64,000 nucleotides of DNA from Monocercomonoides exilis PA203 (lineage: Eukaryota; Protista; Preaxostyla): positions 124,001 through 188,000 of the forward strand of contig LSRY02000060.1 of NCBI GenBank assembly GCA_001643675.2, given 5' to 3'. Below, piece after piece: positions 11,000-25,509 of the stretch. Position numbers and translations under genes: made by a program. Each line of letters begins with the position of its first letter. Position 1 is the first letter of the stretch. Under the pieces are notes generated by a model that was not told the DNA's origin, searched no databases, and was given only the letters and a program-made list of their open reading frames with translations.

Positions 11000-12515
11000 A
11001 TGAGTTTGCTTGATGATGATGAATCTGATACAAGAATCCTGGTAGTGGCTCAAACCGAGAAGTTTTCAAGTTTGCTCATATATTTGGATTGAATAATGAA
11101 GAATGGATTTTAATATTTGAATACCTTTTGCAGAATTATTCCACGAGCTGGAAATTTGCAATGATGATGGACAAAAACAGAAAATTGAAGAAATGAAAAA
11201 AAAAAATGATTTGTGAAGTGGAAAAAGAAGAATTTTGATTTATTTTGGAGGAAGAACTGTTCAATAAAATTGACAAAATGACTGGAGAAAAGAAATTGGC
11301 TTTGGAGAATACTATTCTGTTACTGAAGCATATTGGATATTACAAAGCATTGAAATGCTTTTTTTGTTATTCTTATGATTATTCATTATTAGACAAAAGA
11401 ATAAGAGAGATGATAATTGATGAAAATGAGAAGAAAGAAGAAGAATAGAACAAAATATTTCTAATTGACCTTTGCGAATGTTATCTTTTGTTCAATCATA
11501 GGATTTCATCGGAATTGCTTTCAATCGTTTTGCCATGCCTTCTGAAAGTTGCACCGGATAAAGATGAGAGCGAAGAAACGCAAAAGGAAGTGGAAATGGC
11601 TTTTCTGGCGCTGAGCAACATTAACGAATATGCTGTTTGAGCACTTCTGTCACATATTTGAAGCTATTTATTTTTCTTTTTTTGCTTTTAAACAGATAAT
11701 CGATAAAAATATGTATTTTAGTGAGATGAAAGAGATCATCCAACATCATCAAGAGCATAACAATCTGACGCGGCTTGCCTATCATTCTGCGTGGGAGTTT
11801 ATAATAAAAAGATTTTGCCTAGACGAAAGCTTGGAAGATGTTATTTCGAACGAGCTGCATTTTGCGAAGGAGGCAATAAAGGAGTTAGAAGAACTGATGA
11901 ATTGCGTGGATTGGAAGAGAACAGAAGAGGAAAGAGAAAAAGAATCGCAAGAAGAGCTTATTTTGAAGAGATGGCTCCAAACATTAGTGATTTATTTTAG
12001 CTGTTGTCGATTGAAGAACGAAGAAAATGCAGGGCTAATCAATAGCATTGTTCAGGTATATCAAACAGCAAAAGGGAATAATGAGGAAATTGGCAGTCGA
12101 TGCATTTATTCATTGAGCATGGCAGCGAAAAATAGAGCCATGAAGAATGAAGACTTGCTGGAGAGCGGAGCTGTTGATATCATTTTGGAAGAGATTCAGC
12201 AACCAACGTTGAATGACAAAATGGTGTGCGAATTCTTGGATTTTTTTGAAACAATCTCATGGCGGCTGAACAAAAAAACTGATGATGAAATAGAAGAAGA
12301 GGAGTTTGACGAGGGGGATGAAGAGAGAGATGAAGAGAAAGAAGAAGAGGAAGAAGCGAAAAGAAAGGAGTTAAAAAGGAAGATGTTTGAAAAGTTGGAA
12401 GAAGAAGGATACGAAGATATTGTTACAAGCTTTAATGAAACTTTTGGATTTTTTTAAAGGAAATTTTGACCATTTATTATCGTTGAACACTTCTGATTAT
12501 TTTGTGAAACATTTG
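11000..12515 (+). pseudogene. Expanded alpha-helical hypothetical protein family, copy 1 (disrupted)
   Basis: Family motifs EVEMAxLALS, HQEHNNLTRLAY, EEEGYED; two introns; TAG at 11446 and homopolymer frameshifts. Confidence 0.75.
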
Positions 12516-12786
12516 AAGAAATGGATTTCATTTAACTTTGAAACAAAATAAAGGTATTTTTTTTGAAATTTAATTATTTTTCTTCTCACTTCTTTGAAAA
12601 GCAGCAAATCCAGAAAAAAGAAAAACATAAAGACAGTCAGCTTGCTTGTCTTTACTTCATCAAAATGAAATGGCATTAAAAACGTTTTCAAACAGCCACA
12701 GATTGCTTCTTGTTTTTTATTTTGTGAAATGACACAAAAAGAAAAATAAAATTTATGAGTTACAAAATTCAACACATTTCATTTTT

Positions 12787-14280
12787 TCAAGCATTTACGA
12801 AATAATCTGTAACATCTAACGATAAATGATGATTTCTTTTATTGAAAAAATCAATTTCTTCATGAAAGTTAATTATGATGCTTTCTAATCCTTCCTCTTC
12901 CATCCATTCAAATGTTTTCCTTTTTGTCGTTTTCCTTTTCGCTTCTTCCATTTCATCGTCCCCCTTTCCTTTCAGCCTCCGTGAAATAGATTCAAAAAAT
13001 TCCAAGAATTCGCCCGCCATTTCGTCATCCATTGTCGATCGCTGAATCTCCTCCAAAAAAGAATCAAAAACTCCAAGGCTCAGCAAGTAATCAATCCTCA
13101 CAAATCTTTTTTTCGCTGAGTGTTCAAGTGACAAAATGCACAAGAAACTTATGTTTTTATTTTTATCCCTTGATGCTCGAAAAACACTCATAATGCTACC
13201 AATAAGCCCAACATATTCTTCATTTTGCACAAAGCATACTCTCAAGAAATGCTCCAATGTTAGCAACCATCTCAATAAAACATATTCTTCTTCCCTTTCT
13301 CTCTCTCTTTTATCTCCTTCTTTCCTCTTCCAATCCACACATCTTGCCAGCTCATCCAGTTCTCTTGCTGCCTCTCTCATAAAATGCAGTTCATCCGAAA
13401 CAACTTCTCCCAATTCGAAGTCAAAATAATATCTATTGTTCAAATACTTCCAAGCCGATTGATAGCCAAGTCTGGTCAGATTATGATGTTCCTGATGATA
13501 TTTGATGATTTCTATTGTATCATTCAAATGCGATGCTTGAGGCCGGGCCTAATGAAAATAAAGAAATGCATCAATAAATAACTCAAAATAATTCAACAAA
13601 TCGTGCTAAAAATTAATACCACGTCCCACTGTTCAACTGCGCTCAAAGCCAACAAAGCCATTTCCACTTCTTTTTGAATTTCTTTGTTTTCCTCTTTTTC
13701 TGATGCAGCATTCACGAGATAAGGCTCGCAGACATGTAAAAAGTATCCATCAACTGAGCTACCAAGCATTAAATAGCTTTTGCAAAGATCAGTGAAATCC
13801 TTTTCGTTCAGAGAATCTTTCCTGTATACTTTGGAAATATCTTTCCAATAAAATTCATCAGAAATCATCTCTTCAAAGAGATAGCACAACGAACAATCTA
13901 CAAAGCTAGAAATCCACATGCGCTTCAACGCATTGCAACGTCCCATGTGTTTCAGCAAGAAGAATGCATTTTGCAAAGATATTTTCTTTTCTTTAATCAT
14001 TTCGTAAATTTTGTCGAACAGTTTTTTTGTGAAAACTGATTTAGATTCTTTAACATTCATCTCTTCCATCACTCCATTTATTTCAATGATTTTCTGTTTT
14101 TGCCCATCTTCATTGCAATCTTCCAGTTTATTAAACAATTCTGAATGAATTTTTTAGAAAAAAAACACCAAATTTCACAATTAGAGAATAAATAAAGAAA
14201 ATGAGCAAACTTAAAAACTTGCGCGCAATTGGAAATTCTGAAATTCTATCTTCGGTCAATTTAGCAGAACCCAGTTTCAT
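12787..14280 (-). CDS. Expanded alpha-helical hypothetical protein family, copy 2 (apparently intact, 3 exons)
   Basis: ATG at 14280; two GT-AG introns join ORFs 13593-14138 and 12787-13527 in frame; same motifs; ends DYFVNA. Confidence 0.8.
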
Positions 14281-15338
14281 TCAAATTGCCAAAACGTCAT
14301 GTTCGGTTTGCAAGGAAAAGTGCTTCAAAAATCATAAAAAAGGAATAAGCGCAAACGATGAACTTGCATCGAAAAACGAAGCGGAAGCAGTGCCAACTTT
14401 ATGTGCTTTTCGAGAAGAACTGGAAATAAGCTGGCCCATCGATCAATTTACCTTAATAAAAGTCATTTTGGCTTTTTTCATTAAGATTTCTTGATTGATA
14501 AATGTTTGAAAAGATGCTCAAAAGTTTGTTTCTTGTTCCTTTTCATAAAAAGAAAATTATTATCTTGTTTGTATTGGTGAAAGGGAAAAACAAATATAAT
14601 TTTAGCTGAGAGCTGGAAGAAATCATAACTTGTCAAAAAAGTGAAAAGGCGTGGCAAATGAGGCGTACAGCAAAACAGAGAATTTTCTTCCTTGCTGTTG
14701 AATCACAAATGATCCTGTGAAATGCATTTGAAACAACTGAAATGTTTTCTCAGAAAAGTCTGAAATCGCTTCGAAAACATCAAAATATGATTGTCCATGA
14801 AGATAAAAAGAAAGAAACAGACAATGAAAGTGCAATGCAACATCAAAAATGCAATTGCTGAAAAGTTAAAGATGCAAATAGCAAAATGAAATTTATGTCA
14901 TTCTTTTTCTTCTGTTCTCGCCTTCAAGGTAATCCTTTTGCATCATATCGAAATGAATACCCAGAGTTGGTTATTTGATGCATGCCTCTCTTTCTTCTTT
15001 CTTCTCATTCTTCTTCTTTTTCATAGATGACATTATATTCTTCACACAATTCAACAAAAGATGCCAACTTGTCGGACATTCTACTTGTTGCTTGAAGATG
15101 ATCTTCCTGTCTTGCAGCACCTCCTTCTGTGAACGTGTTTTCAATCGTTCGCTGACTGGCTTTTCGTGAGCATCCATCATAAGAAGAAATATTTCACAAA
15201 TTTCCGCATGCAGGAAACTTGACTAAAAATATTGAGATGATCTCAAAGAAAATTAACTTGTTTCTTCTTCCCCTCTGTTTTGTGTGTAGCTTTTCCATTT
15301 CAATGCATGATTGAGTGATTTAAGATGAAGTGAAAGTG

Positions 15339-15440
15339 GAAGAAGAAGAAGAAGAAGAAGAAGAAGAAGAAGAAGAAGAAGAAGAAGAAGAAGAAGAAGA
15401 AGAAGAAGAAGAAGAAGAAGAAGAAGAAGAAGAAGAAGAA
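15339..15440. repeat. Perfect (GAA)34 microsatellite
   Basis: Direct reading. Confidence 0.95.
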
Positions 15441-16708
15441 TCTGAATGAGAAATGAAATAAAATGAATTTGATGATGCTCATAAAACATTGTATAACTTC
15501 AAAGGCGAACAAGACCCATATGAATAAAATGCAGGCATAATGAACAGATTCGAATTTCATAACAGCCAACAGCAGCAATAGACAGCAGTTTCATCGTGTG
15601 TTGCAACATGAGAATATGATGGCCGTCAAAACAACAAATTCTCAAATAGGAAAAAGGCGTTCTTTTCATCACCCAAATTTAAAAAAAAACTCGTCAATGA
15701 AGAGATTGGAGGAGGAGGAGGAGAAGAAACCATATAATCCACAAAAATGCTGCTTGAAATGGATTGTTCCAGAAAAAGATGCACAACATGAAAAAAAAAG
15801 CTGTTCATTGGAATGGAAATAAAAAGATATAAAATAAAAATAATTGGTTTTTAGTTGACAATTAAAATTCCTCAAAAGAACACATACACCCTCCCTATCG
15901 CAAATGCAGAGGATTGTCCAATCACTGATGCTGTCAATCTCCTTTTCCATTGTTTCCCAGTGCTCATTTCTTCATCATCCTTTATTCCCACACAAATATT
16001 CTGCTTTTGGTGTTATCATCAACTTTTTTTTCATAAAAAAATATCTCTCTTCATTTTTTCTTTCCAAGAGCTGTCCAATTGTTGGCATTCTTCTTTTCTT
16101 TCTCATCCAAATGCTTTGAAATTAAATTTATTTTTCAGCACCTCTCCAAACTGAATACAAAAAAAAAAATTGTATTTCCCATCTGCTGATTGTATCTCGG
16201 AATCCAGTTCTCTTCTGATGTTCTCCTCAGAAAAACAAAGGAATGGCCATTTAGACAATTTATCAGATTCTTGCGCTCTGAAAAGATGATTAAAAAAGGA
16301 TCTTCTCAACGAACAAGAACAATAAAAAACGCATACATGCAAATATTTTGATTTTCAAAAAAATGTTGAATTTCCTTCAAAGATGCTTTTCATAAAAATC
16401 ATCTCCTCCAATACCATCATCGATGCCTTGAAGTCGCTGTCTCGTGCAACCTCTCAAAATAATATCGCCCATTCTGCAGAAAATATTCGCTCACCGATAT
16501 CAATTTTTAACAAGAAATATTTTTGTTCTTTCAAATCAAATGATCTGAATATCCATTACTTCAAACAAGAAAAAAGATTTATCGTTTTTTTCTTTCTTTG
16601 TTTGTTTGAAACGACTTGCCAAATAACACTAACAACGCAGAATGGTATAGCAACTTATGCTTTCATGATTATTTTGAGCTTTTGTTTTGCACCGATTTCT
16701 TCTTTCCA

Positions 16709-18186
16709 ATGGTATCTGAAATCAAATCAAATGACGAATTTTCGTTGTTTTCTGGCTGCAATGCATTTTCAAAAATGCAGACAACGAGTAGAATCAAAAG
16801 ATCTAATGGCTTGTGCTAATTGTTGCATTTGAATCCTTGATTGTTGAGATTTTATTTTTTATTTATATTTTTTGAAGATTTACTTTAAGAAATGGAATGT
16901 TGGACAGGAATTGCACAGAAAAGAATAATCGAAGATTTGAATTTACTAATTGAGGGGATGAACAAAGAAGAGTTCAATTTTGTTTGTACGGAGAAACTGT
17001 TCATTAAAATATCCAAAATGATCGTAGAAAAGAAAATTCAAGTGGAAAAAGCCATTCTGGTGTTGAAACACATGGGATATTTGAAAATGCTGAAAAGCAT
17101 TAGCGGCTTAAGGAATGGTGCCTGTATATTGTGCGCGCGATTTGAGATTATGATTGAAAAGGAAGAGAAGAAAAAAAAAGAAAAGGATGAAAAGCTGCTA
17201 TTAGATCTTTACGAATGCTGTCTTTTGCTTGAAGATGGAATTGTTTCAAAATTGTTGCAAGTCTGTGTGCCTTGCCTTCGGAAAGCCGCATCAAACAGAG
17301 AGGAAAACGAGGAAGTTCAAAAAGAAGTGGAAATGGCGTTGCTTGCTTTGAGCAACATTAAATATGATGCATGTGATATTCTATTTCAATTTTAGTATTA
17401 ATGATTTTTTTTTATCAATATTTTTTTAGGAAGTGAGAAATGATCTGTATTTGAATGAGATCAAAGAGATCATCGTTTATCATCAAGAACTTTGGAATCT
17501 GATTCAACTTGCCTATCAGTCTGCTTGGGGTTTTTTGACTAACGGATTGCTTCACAATGCAAATTTGGAAGAAGTTATTGTGAATAATCTGCATTTTGTC
17601 AGAGAGGTGGGAGGAGAATTAGAGGAGCTGACAAAATGCGTGGATTGGAAGAGAGAGAAAGAAGAGAGAGGAAAAGAAGGCAAAGAAGAGATTTTAATAT
17701 TGAAATGGCTCCAAACTTTGGGGAAATTTCTTTTCTACTGTCGATTGCGAAATGAAGAGTATTCTGTGCTTGTCGAAAGCATTGTGCAGGCATTTCGAGC
17801 AGCAAAGGATAATTACAGAGACATTGTCAGCCAGTACATCAAATCATTTTGTTTTTCTGTGAATAACAGAAATGTGAAAGTTGAAGGCTTGCTGAAGAGC
17901 TGTTGAAGCTGTTTTGGAGGGGATGCAGCGGCCAGCGTTGGATGATGAAAATGCGTTTAACTGCTTGATATTCTTTACGAATATTTCGAGGCGATTGAAA
18001 GGGCAGACAAATAACGAAACAGACGAAGCGTACAGAAAGGCAATCAAAAGGAAAGCGCTTGAAAAGATGGAAGAAGAAGGATACGAAGATATTGTTACAA
18101 GCTTTTATAATAATCTTTCAATAGTTGATGATGAAGAGATTGGAGATCTGTACAAAGGCATCGAAAATGACTTTGTGAATATTTGA
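16709..18186 (+). pseudogene. Expanded alpha-helical hypothetical protein family, copy 3 (disrupted)
   Basis: Same motifs; TAA just before 16892; short deletion near 17897 shifts the frame (paralogue reads ESGAVD); start approximate. Confidence 0.72.
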
Positions 18187-19482
18187 GGAGAATAAATTCT
18201 TTTCGACATTTCACTCTGAATGAATATTTTTTTTATTGCTTCATTTCACAAAAAAGAAATCAAAGAGCAACTTGAACTTTTATTTAAGATACTTTTTTAT
18301 CATTTATTCATTACACACGACTGAACAGTAAAAAAAATTAAATTTAAAAGATTTTGCCACGAAATTTATCTGGATTATTTTGATTGAAAAATAATCTTCA
18401 AATTTGCACAAAATGTCAGTTTTTTTTCATTTTGTTTTTCCACAGGTGTGAGTCTTTTTCTTCATTTGTTGATGAACAATTTTGAGTGAATAGTCAATTT
18501 ATTTTTCATCAAAATACATGGATGCACAAAAACGAAGTTGATGTTCGTTTTTTTTAACCACCATTAATTATTCAAATTTGGAAAAATTTTTTTTCGAAAT
18601 TTGTCAACTTCTAATTCAAAATTTAATTAATTGAGTATTTTTTATTAAAAAACTTTGTTGTATTAAGCATTCCATTGTTTGAGCGTTGAAAAGTGAAGAA
18701 AATATTATTTTCAGCCAATATTCGAAATAACGATGAGAAAACGAACATCAAATAATATTATTTATCAATAAACATGAATTTTTCTTCATTTTCATAAAAA
18801 ACATATGGAAAACGAAATTTTTAATAAAAATTTTGCCTATCATCGATAAATTAAGTTTTATTCAACAATAACATGTTATTTCCATTTTTATATATTCGAA
18901 AGATCAATAAAAAACAAATGAAGAATTCTGAAAGTTCACATATGGCTTTATTCAATTGTAAAAAAAATATTTTTGTTTTCAGCATCTTGCATTGATGCAA
19001 GCAATATATTTTGATAGAGTTATGTGATATCAAACAATGAAAAGTGAAATTATTTGAAAATTATCAGATTTCCATGATGATAATTTTTTTTTGAAAAATC
19101 AGCAATATTTGTGTTTATTAACAAATAATAAAAATCTGGGTACAAATTCTCGTCTATATTTCGAATATTGAGTGAATATAATATTTTCAATATTTTCTGA
19201 TATTCAGCCAAAAACCATTTTTTCACAAAAAAAAAAAATTTTTTTTTTTAAATACTCAATTTTGTTAATTTTGAATAAGAAGTTTGCCAATTTCGAATAA
19301 TAAATGATGGGCATTAATGAACAATATGGTCATGTGAGTTTTTGATATTTTTGGGATAGATGCATCGGAAATATCAAACAAAGCATGAGAATGTTGTTTG
19401 TTATGAACTGAAACTTATTTATGTTCAAAAAAACAAAAAATTATTTTTCAAAAATTTAATGGAAAGACAAATATGTTTTTCA

Positions 19483-20572
19483 TTATGGAGAATATTCGGA
19501 AGCACTATCTCCATCACCAGCACCATCTGAATAATCTTCTTCTGTTTTTTTTATCTGTCTCATTCTCATCATTTCCTGATATATCTTCAATAAAAGGCAC
19601 ATCTTCGTCAATTTCATCATCATCATCATCATCTTCTTCTTCTTCTTCTTCACGTTCCTTTTCTTCTGTTTCTTTTTCTGGTTTATATTTTGAAACATGC
19701 TGCATAAGTTCCAAATAAACTCAATTTCATTGAGGATTTCACCAAATACATTTCGATATGATCAGAAATAAACTTATTTCTAGTACCAAAACGTGGAAAA
19801 GACGCTCTAATATGTGACCATAGGCCATCAATCGTGTTTGTGCATGCATGAGTCTCTTTGTTCACACATTCTTTCCTATGACAGACGATTTGATGCCCGA
19901 ATCCAATCGTTTCCAAACATGAATACGCTCTCCATTCGTCTGAAATGATCATTGTTTTCGGCAGAATGTGTTTTTAAATTATAGGGATAATTGTATTTCT
20001 TTTTCTATTCGGCACAATGGTCAAAAAGCGAGATCCTGCCCCTCCACCTTCGAGCCTTTCAACGCCACCAAATATCCATATCTGATCCTTCTTTCTCCCT
20101 CTTCCATATTTTCGCTTTCTTTATATCGCCTCTTCAAAATCAACGATCTTTCCTTCTCCACCAACAACTATCAGTGTAGAATTCCATAATTTTGAACAGC
20201 ACACACGAATGACGCTCCCCCAAAATCCCACTATCTTTTTTCCAACTCCTGAATAGTTGAAATCGTAGTTATTGGAATTTTGAGCCAGTAGTACAAACAA
20301 ATAAAGAATGTTGTTCTCAATGGAGTCTTCATATTTTCAAAAAAAGTATTGTTGTTAACTGATGATTATTCTGTACTTATCGGGCACTTCCAAAATCTGC
20401 AGTTGGATGCTGTCTAATAGCAATTCTTTTAGATTTAATGTTTTAGGCATATAGGGACTTTATTTTTCAGAACATGAGTGAGAAACCAAGTCCACGTTGA
20501 ATACTCATTATAGAATACCTTATTTTGATCAGAAATGCTTTCTGTTCCAAAATGAAAAGGAACAAGTTCCAT
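19483..20572 (-). pseudogene. Merlin/IS1595 (ISXO2-like DDE) transposase, near full length, inactivated
   Basis: VGGEGKIVDFEEAI*RKRKYGRGR..WIFGGVER..VPNRKRNTIIPII*KHILPKTMIISDEWRAY..VCH..TNTIDGLWS; acidic tail; stops and frameshifts. Confidence 0.88.
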
Positions 20573-21886
20573 TTTTTTATTTCGATCAAACCCTTAAATT
20601 CAGATATCGCATAAAATACAGGACATCGCACAAAATACCGGACATGATCGATATCTGTATTTGAAAAAGAGAGATTTTTCAAAAAGTTATATTATTGTTA
20701 CAAACAATTTCCGTTGAAAAAAAAACACCACACAACAACAGTATAATTAATGAGAATTGCCTTTGTGATGAAAAAATGAAAAATCTCTTATGACCATATT
20801 GAACACTTAAACAAAATGTTGTATCACATATTTGAATTAAAACTAATGTGCGTTGCAGCGATTTTTTTATTTTTAATGATGAACCACAGTTCATAAAATT
20901 ATTAACTGTAATGTAATTCTTTCGATTTATATCGGATGTTCTCGTTGTGAATAAAAAATGATATTCGATATTTTTCGGGGAGTGTGATTCTTTTCTGAAT
21001 AACGAACTTATTACAAATAAGTCGCAGTTATTACGGATAAGAAGCATTTATTACAAGAATAACACATGATATTTGTCAAAGAGCAATTCTTTTAATGGAA
21101 ACCAATGTTCATTGAGAAATATTGATGTTTCTGGAGATTATTTGATTTTTTTTAAAAAAAACAACAAAATAAACATTCACATATATGCAAAAAACGATGG
21201 ATAAAATTTGAATATTAGACCGTTTTTTATTTTCACGAACGAAAATTGATTCATTTTTTTCATTAAAAAAGGATTGTTCACAATATTATAAACAAATGAA
21301 ATCAATTAAATAATGAAACGCCTTCACCGACTGATGGATTTGAAAGTTTTTTCATTAACTCACAACTATTTTATTTAATTGATATCCAAAAAATTCAGGG
21401 TAATTACAAGAAAGACTGACTTGTTAGGATTATTTTTATATTTATCAGAAAAGAAGTTAGTTTTGTTGAAAAAATGAGTCATTTCAGGAACAGCATAGAT
21501 GTTTCAATCAACATCTTTTTCTATTTATAATATCTTGTTTGTTTTTTGTAATTATTATTTTTTACGAAACAATTCACAGTTATAATTAATTATCAATTGA
21601 AACTTAAAATAAAGTTCGACAAAAAAATATACCGCCATCGTTTTTTTTTTATTTAATAAATACGAAATTTGAAACAATAATTCGATGAAAACAATAAATA
21701 TATTTTATTGTTTATTTTGAATATTCGAAAATGATTTAAAAATTTTATCAAAAAATATTGACAAATATGAAACATTATATAATTTGTTTTTTCTGCTGAA
21801 TTTTGTTATTGCTGGGGAGCAATATTCGAAAAAAAGAATACAAGAGCATTTCAAGACGCATAAATTATTAAGTAGATAGAAAATTG

Positions 21887-23888
21887 ATGAGAAGTTTGCA
21901 TGAATATGGAAGCGATTGCTCGATTTTTTCTGAAATGCAACTTTCTACTTCTTTTGAACGAATGGCAAATGGAAGAACTGTTCAATGGAGCGGAACTGTA
22001 ATAAAAATTCTTTTGGACGGATATGTTCTTTTATTGGAGGATTCACAAAATCCTCTAATACCAAATCAAGTCTATTTTAAAGTTGACAAAAATGTGGCTG
22101 GGAGGTGGTATGAATCATTTACGATGGGACTATTAACGTATTTCCAAGGTATTGTGAGGGCATTGAGCCCGTCAGTCATTGTCGAAGCTATTCCATTTGA
22201 TGCCAATAGAAAGATTGACATTGTGGATTCTTTTCCTTCGTTTTGTGAACGTTTTATGGAATTAACTAAATATTCCATTATCAATACTTTTGAGAGAAAT
22301 TGGAGAGGTAAAAAGTTAAAACTTATTGGGACAATTTCAGCTGTCGTTGAAAATCCCTCTTTTTGCACCAAAGACTTAATTTTACTATTTAAACTTCATC
22401 CTGTTGAGATGTTTGGTTTGCTGCATACTATAACGTGCTCTAATAAATTATATTCCTAAATTTTTATTTTAACCCCCTCTCCCCATTTCCTTCTTCCTCT
22501 TTTTTTATTTGTTTAATGATGGGATTTTGATTCAGACTCTCTACGTTTTTTCCCTGAGCCTGTGATGATTATTATTCCGCATGATTCAAAGGCAGAGCAA
22601 TATTTCTGTGCACTGTTGCAAAAGAATGAAGGTATGCATATTTTTTTTCATGCCTAAGAAAGAATTTGATATAACTTTTACATTCATGAAAATTTTATTG
22701 CTTATTTATTTATTTATTTATTGAAAATTCAAGCGACCGAAGTTGTTGTCGAGCTTACAGCCACTTGCTTAAACTGCGTGCCTCAGCATCAGTTTTTGGT
22801 GTCTGACGTTTCTTTCCCTTGGATTCCATCTTCTTCTGAGTGTTCGCTGCTGAACAGCTTCATTCCTCCTCCTCCTTCTTCTTTTCCTTCTTCTTTTCCT
22901 TCTTCTTCTTCTTCTTCTTCTTCTTTTCCATATGACTCATCTTTTCCTTCTCCTTCTTCATACAATTCTTCTTCTTCTTCTTCCTCTTCCTCTTCTTCTT
23001 CTTTGCCTGTAACTTCACCATTTTCGGCTTCCAACTTTTTCTTGCAAAATTACCCGCCTGCTTCATCATCATCATCATCATCATCATCTTCATCATCATC
23101 ATCTTCTTCTTCTTCATCTTCCTCTTCCTCTTCCTCCTCCTCTTCTTCTTCATCAATTCCTTCCTCTTCAAAAAAACCTTCTTCTTCTTCTTCTTCTCCT
23201 CCTCCTCCCATTTCCCTTATTCAACATTTAATAGACTATCTTCCTTCAGATTTTCAAGATTTTCCAATCAAACAAAACAAAACAACGAAAATTTCCGAAC
23301 GCAAAAAAGATAAATTGCTTGTTGAGAAGATAAAAAGACCAAAAAGTGCAGACCTTTTGAAAAGAGAGAAAGAAAACGGATTTTTATGCCCTTTGCTCAA
23401 CCAGGTGCGAATGAAAGAAATTGTGCTGGTGATTTTTATTTGTGAGGAAGGGAAAAAGAATGAAAGGATTGAAAAGTTGTGATTATTTTCTTGTTTGTTG
23501 TTAAAGGTTATGTGCTTTTCTTTATTAATTGCATTGTCTATCAGAAATTTAGTGTCTTTTATTTTATTTTTTTATGTTTATCTTACTGCTTAATTTTCTT
23601 CAATATTCTAATTGATAAAATTTCAATCTTTGCATTTCTTTTATCCGTTTTATTTTTGTTTATCAAAATATTTTCTTTTCTTTTTTCTTTTTTCCTTTAA
23701 ATTTTCCCTCCTCAAATAAGCTTATGTGTGAGCCCTGTGTAGCACCAGATGGGTGTCTATATGAAAGAGTTGCAATTGAAAGCTTTGTGGAAGAATTTCA
23801 CATGTCGCCTTTGACATTCGAGCCGATGGACAAGTCATTTGTGAACGATGCGATGGTGAAAGAAAAAATATTCAGTGTGCGAATATGA
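21887..23888 (+). CDS. U-box domain protein (putative E3 ligase) with N-terminal repeats and Ser-rich linker, multi-exon
   Basis: Splicing intron 23405-23720 gives FLCPLLNQLMCEPCVAPDGCLYERVAIESF..SPLTFEPM, a U-box; TGA at 23886. Confidence 0.82.
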
Positions 23889-23900
23889 ATACAATTGAGG

Positions 23901-23904
<4 letters not shown>

Positions 23905-23972
<68 letters not shown>
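23905..23972. repeat. (GA)34 microsatellite
   Basis: Direct reading. Confidence 0.95.
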
Positions 23973-23980
<8 letters not shown>

Positions 23981-24164
23981 AGTTAGTTGGATTTAAAGAG
24001 TGAAAGTGGAATATGACATATGTGCTATTATGATTTAGTTTATTAATAGAAATTAGTAATAATAATCTTGGTGAAACATGATGAATTTATTATTATTTGT
24101 TATTATTTGTCATCTTTTGACATCTTCATCTTCTTATAAATACTTTCTTTAATATTATCAAACA

Positions 24165-24343
<179 letters not shown>

Positions 24344-24345
24344 GG

Positions 24346-25467
24346 ATGTTTTCAGTTTACACATCAGAATTTCCTCATAGGCGTGCCACTTACAGCGATT
24401 ACTACAGCCAGAAAGGCACAGACAAAGGTTTGCAGTTCATTTTTGATAAAGGCGCATAAAATTTCTCTGATAATAATATTGTCTTTGACAATTTTATTTT
24501 ATTTTACTTTTTTTTGAAAATAAATTTGAATAAAATCAACGCAAACTTGGCGGGATGATAACGAACGCACAACTGAATGCAAAACTTGTCATGACGTTGA
24601 ATCATTTTCAGTGGGACAGGAGATGAAGAACTACATCTGCAACCATCCAGACGAATTCTTCCCTCACCTTTTCATTCAAAAATACGTGAAGTCCCAATTC
24701 AAAGAGCAAAATGAAGGCAAAAAAGGAAAGGATATTGACAACCAAAACAAAGAAGTGAACAAAGACCCTCCAAAACGACAATACGAGGCATACGACGATG
24801 GCACAGATACAAAGCAGCCGAAAGGGAACTATCCGCAATTTCCTCCTCTTTCTCGTTTTGGACAGCTGGAGAAGCGAAGACTGCCTGGAAACATTGTCTT
24901 GTCAAACAGAAAACAGAGTGTGGACTTGCTGTTTCCGCTGAAGGGGGCGTTTGTGGTTGTGAAGGAACACGGGAGACAGCCGTGGAGTGTGACGATCAAC
25001 GGAGGCAATAGAAGAGCTGGGGCTGATAAAACAGGTTTGGATGCATCGAGGGCGGAAGATGAAGACTTTTTTATAAGTTTAATTTTTAATAATAAAAAGC
25101 TAAATATTAAAATTTTAAACACACATGCATATTTCTCTTTCATTGCTCATTTATTTTCATTTTCATTTCAAAATTCTTCCACAGCCCCATCTTCTTCCTT
25201 CCACAAGATGCAGTTGATTGCAGATGAGTCACGTATGCCCATGTTGTATTACGTGTTCCATTTGTGGAGAGACCCTCTCCCTTACGAGTTGTGCAGCCTT
25301 CCCTTGCATCTCTTTGACGAAATGGTTTGATTTTTGAGGAATATTTTTTATTTTATTTGATTTTATTTATTAATTTTCTTATTTCCTTTCCTTTCTTTCT
25401 TTTCCAACTTTCTTTCTTATTTTTTATTAACACTTTCAATTTTATCTCAATCTAAATCCAACTAACT

Positions 25468-25509
<42 letters not shown>

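Noticed and set aside
19970-20125. In-frame TAA codons in the Merlin relic read as Gln (a code used by some oxymonads)
   Set aside because: Several >1200-codon AT-rich ORFs contain no TAA/TAG, and the lipase ends at TAA and the RRM gene at TAG, so the code is standard and these are lesions
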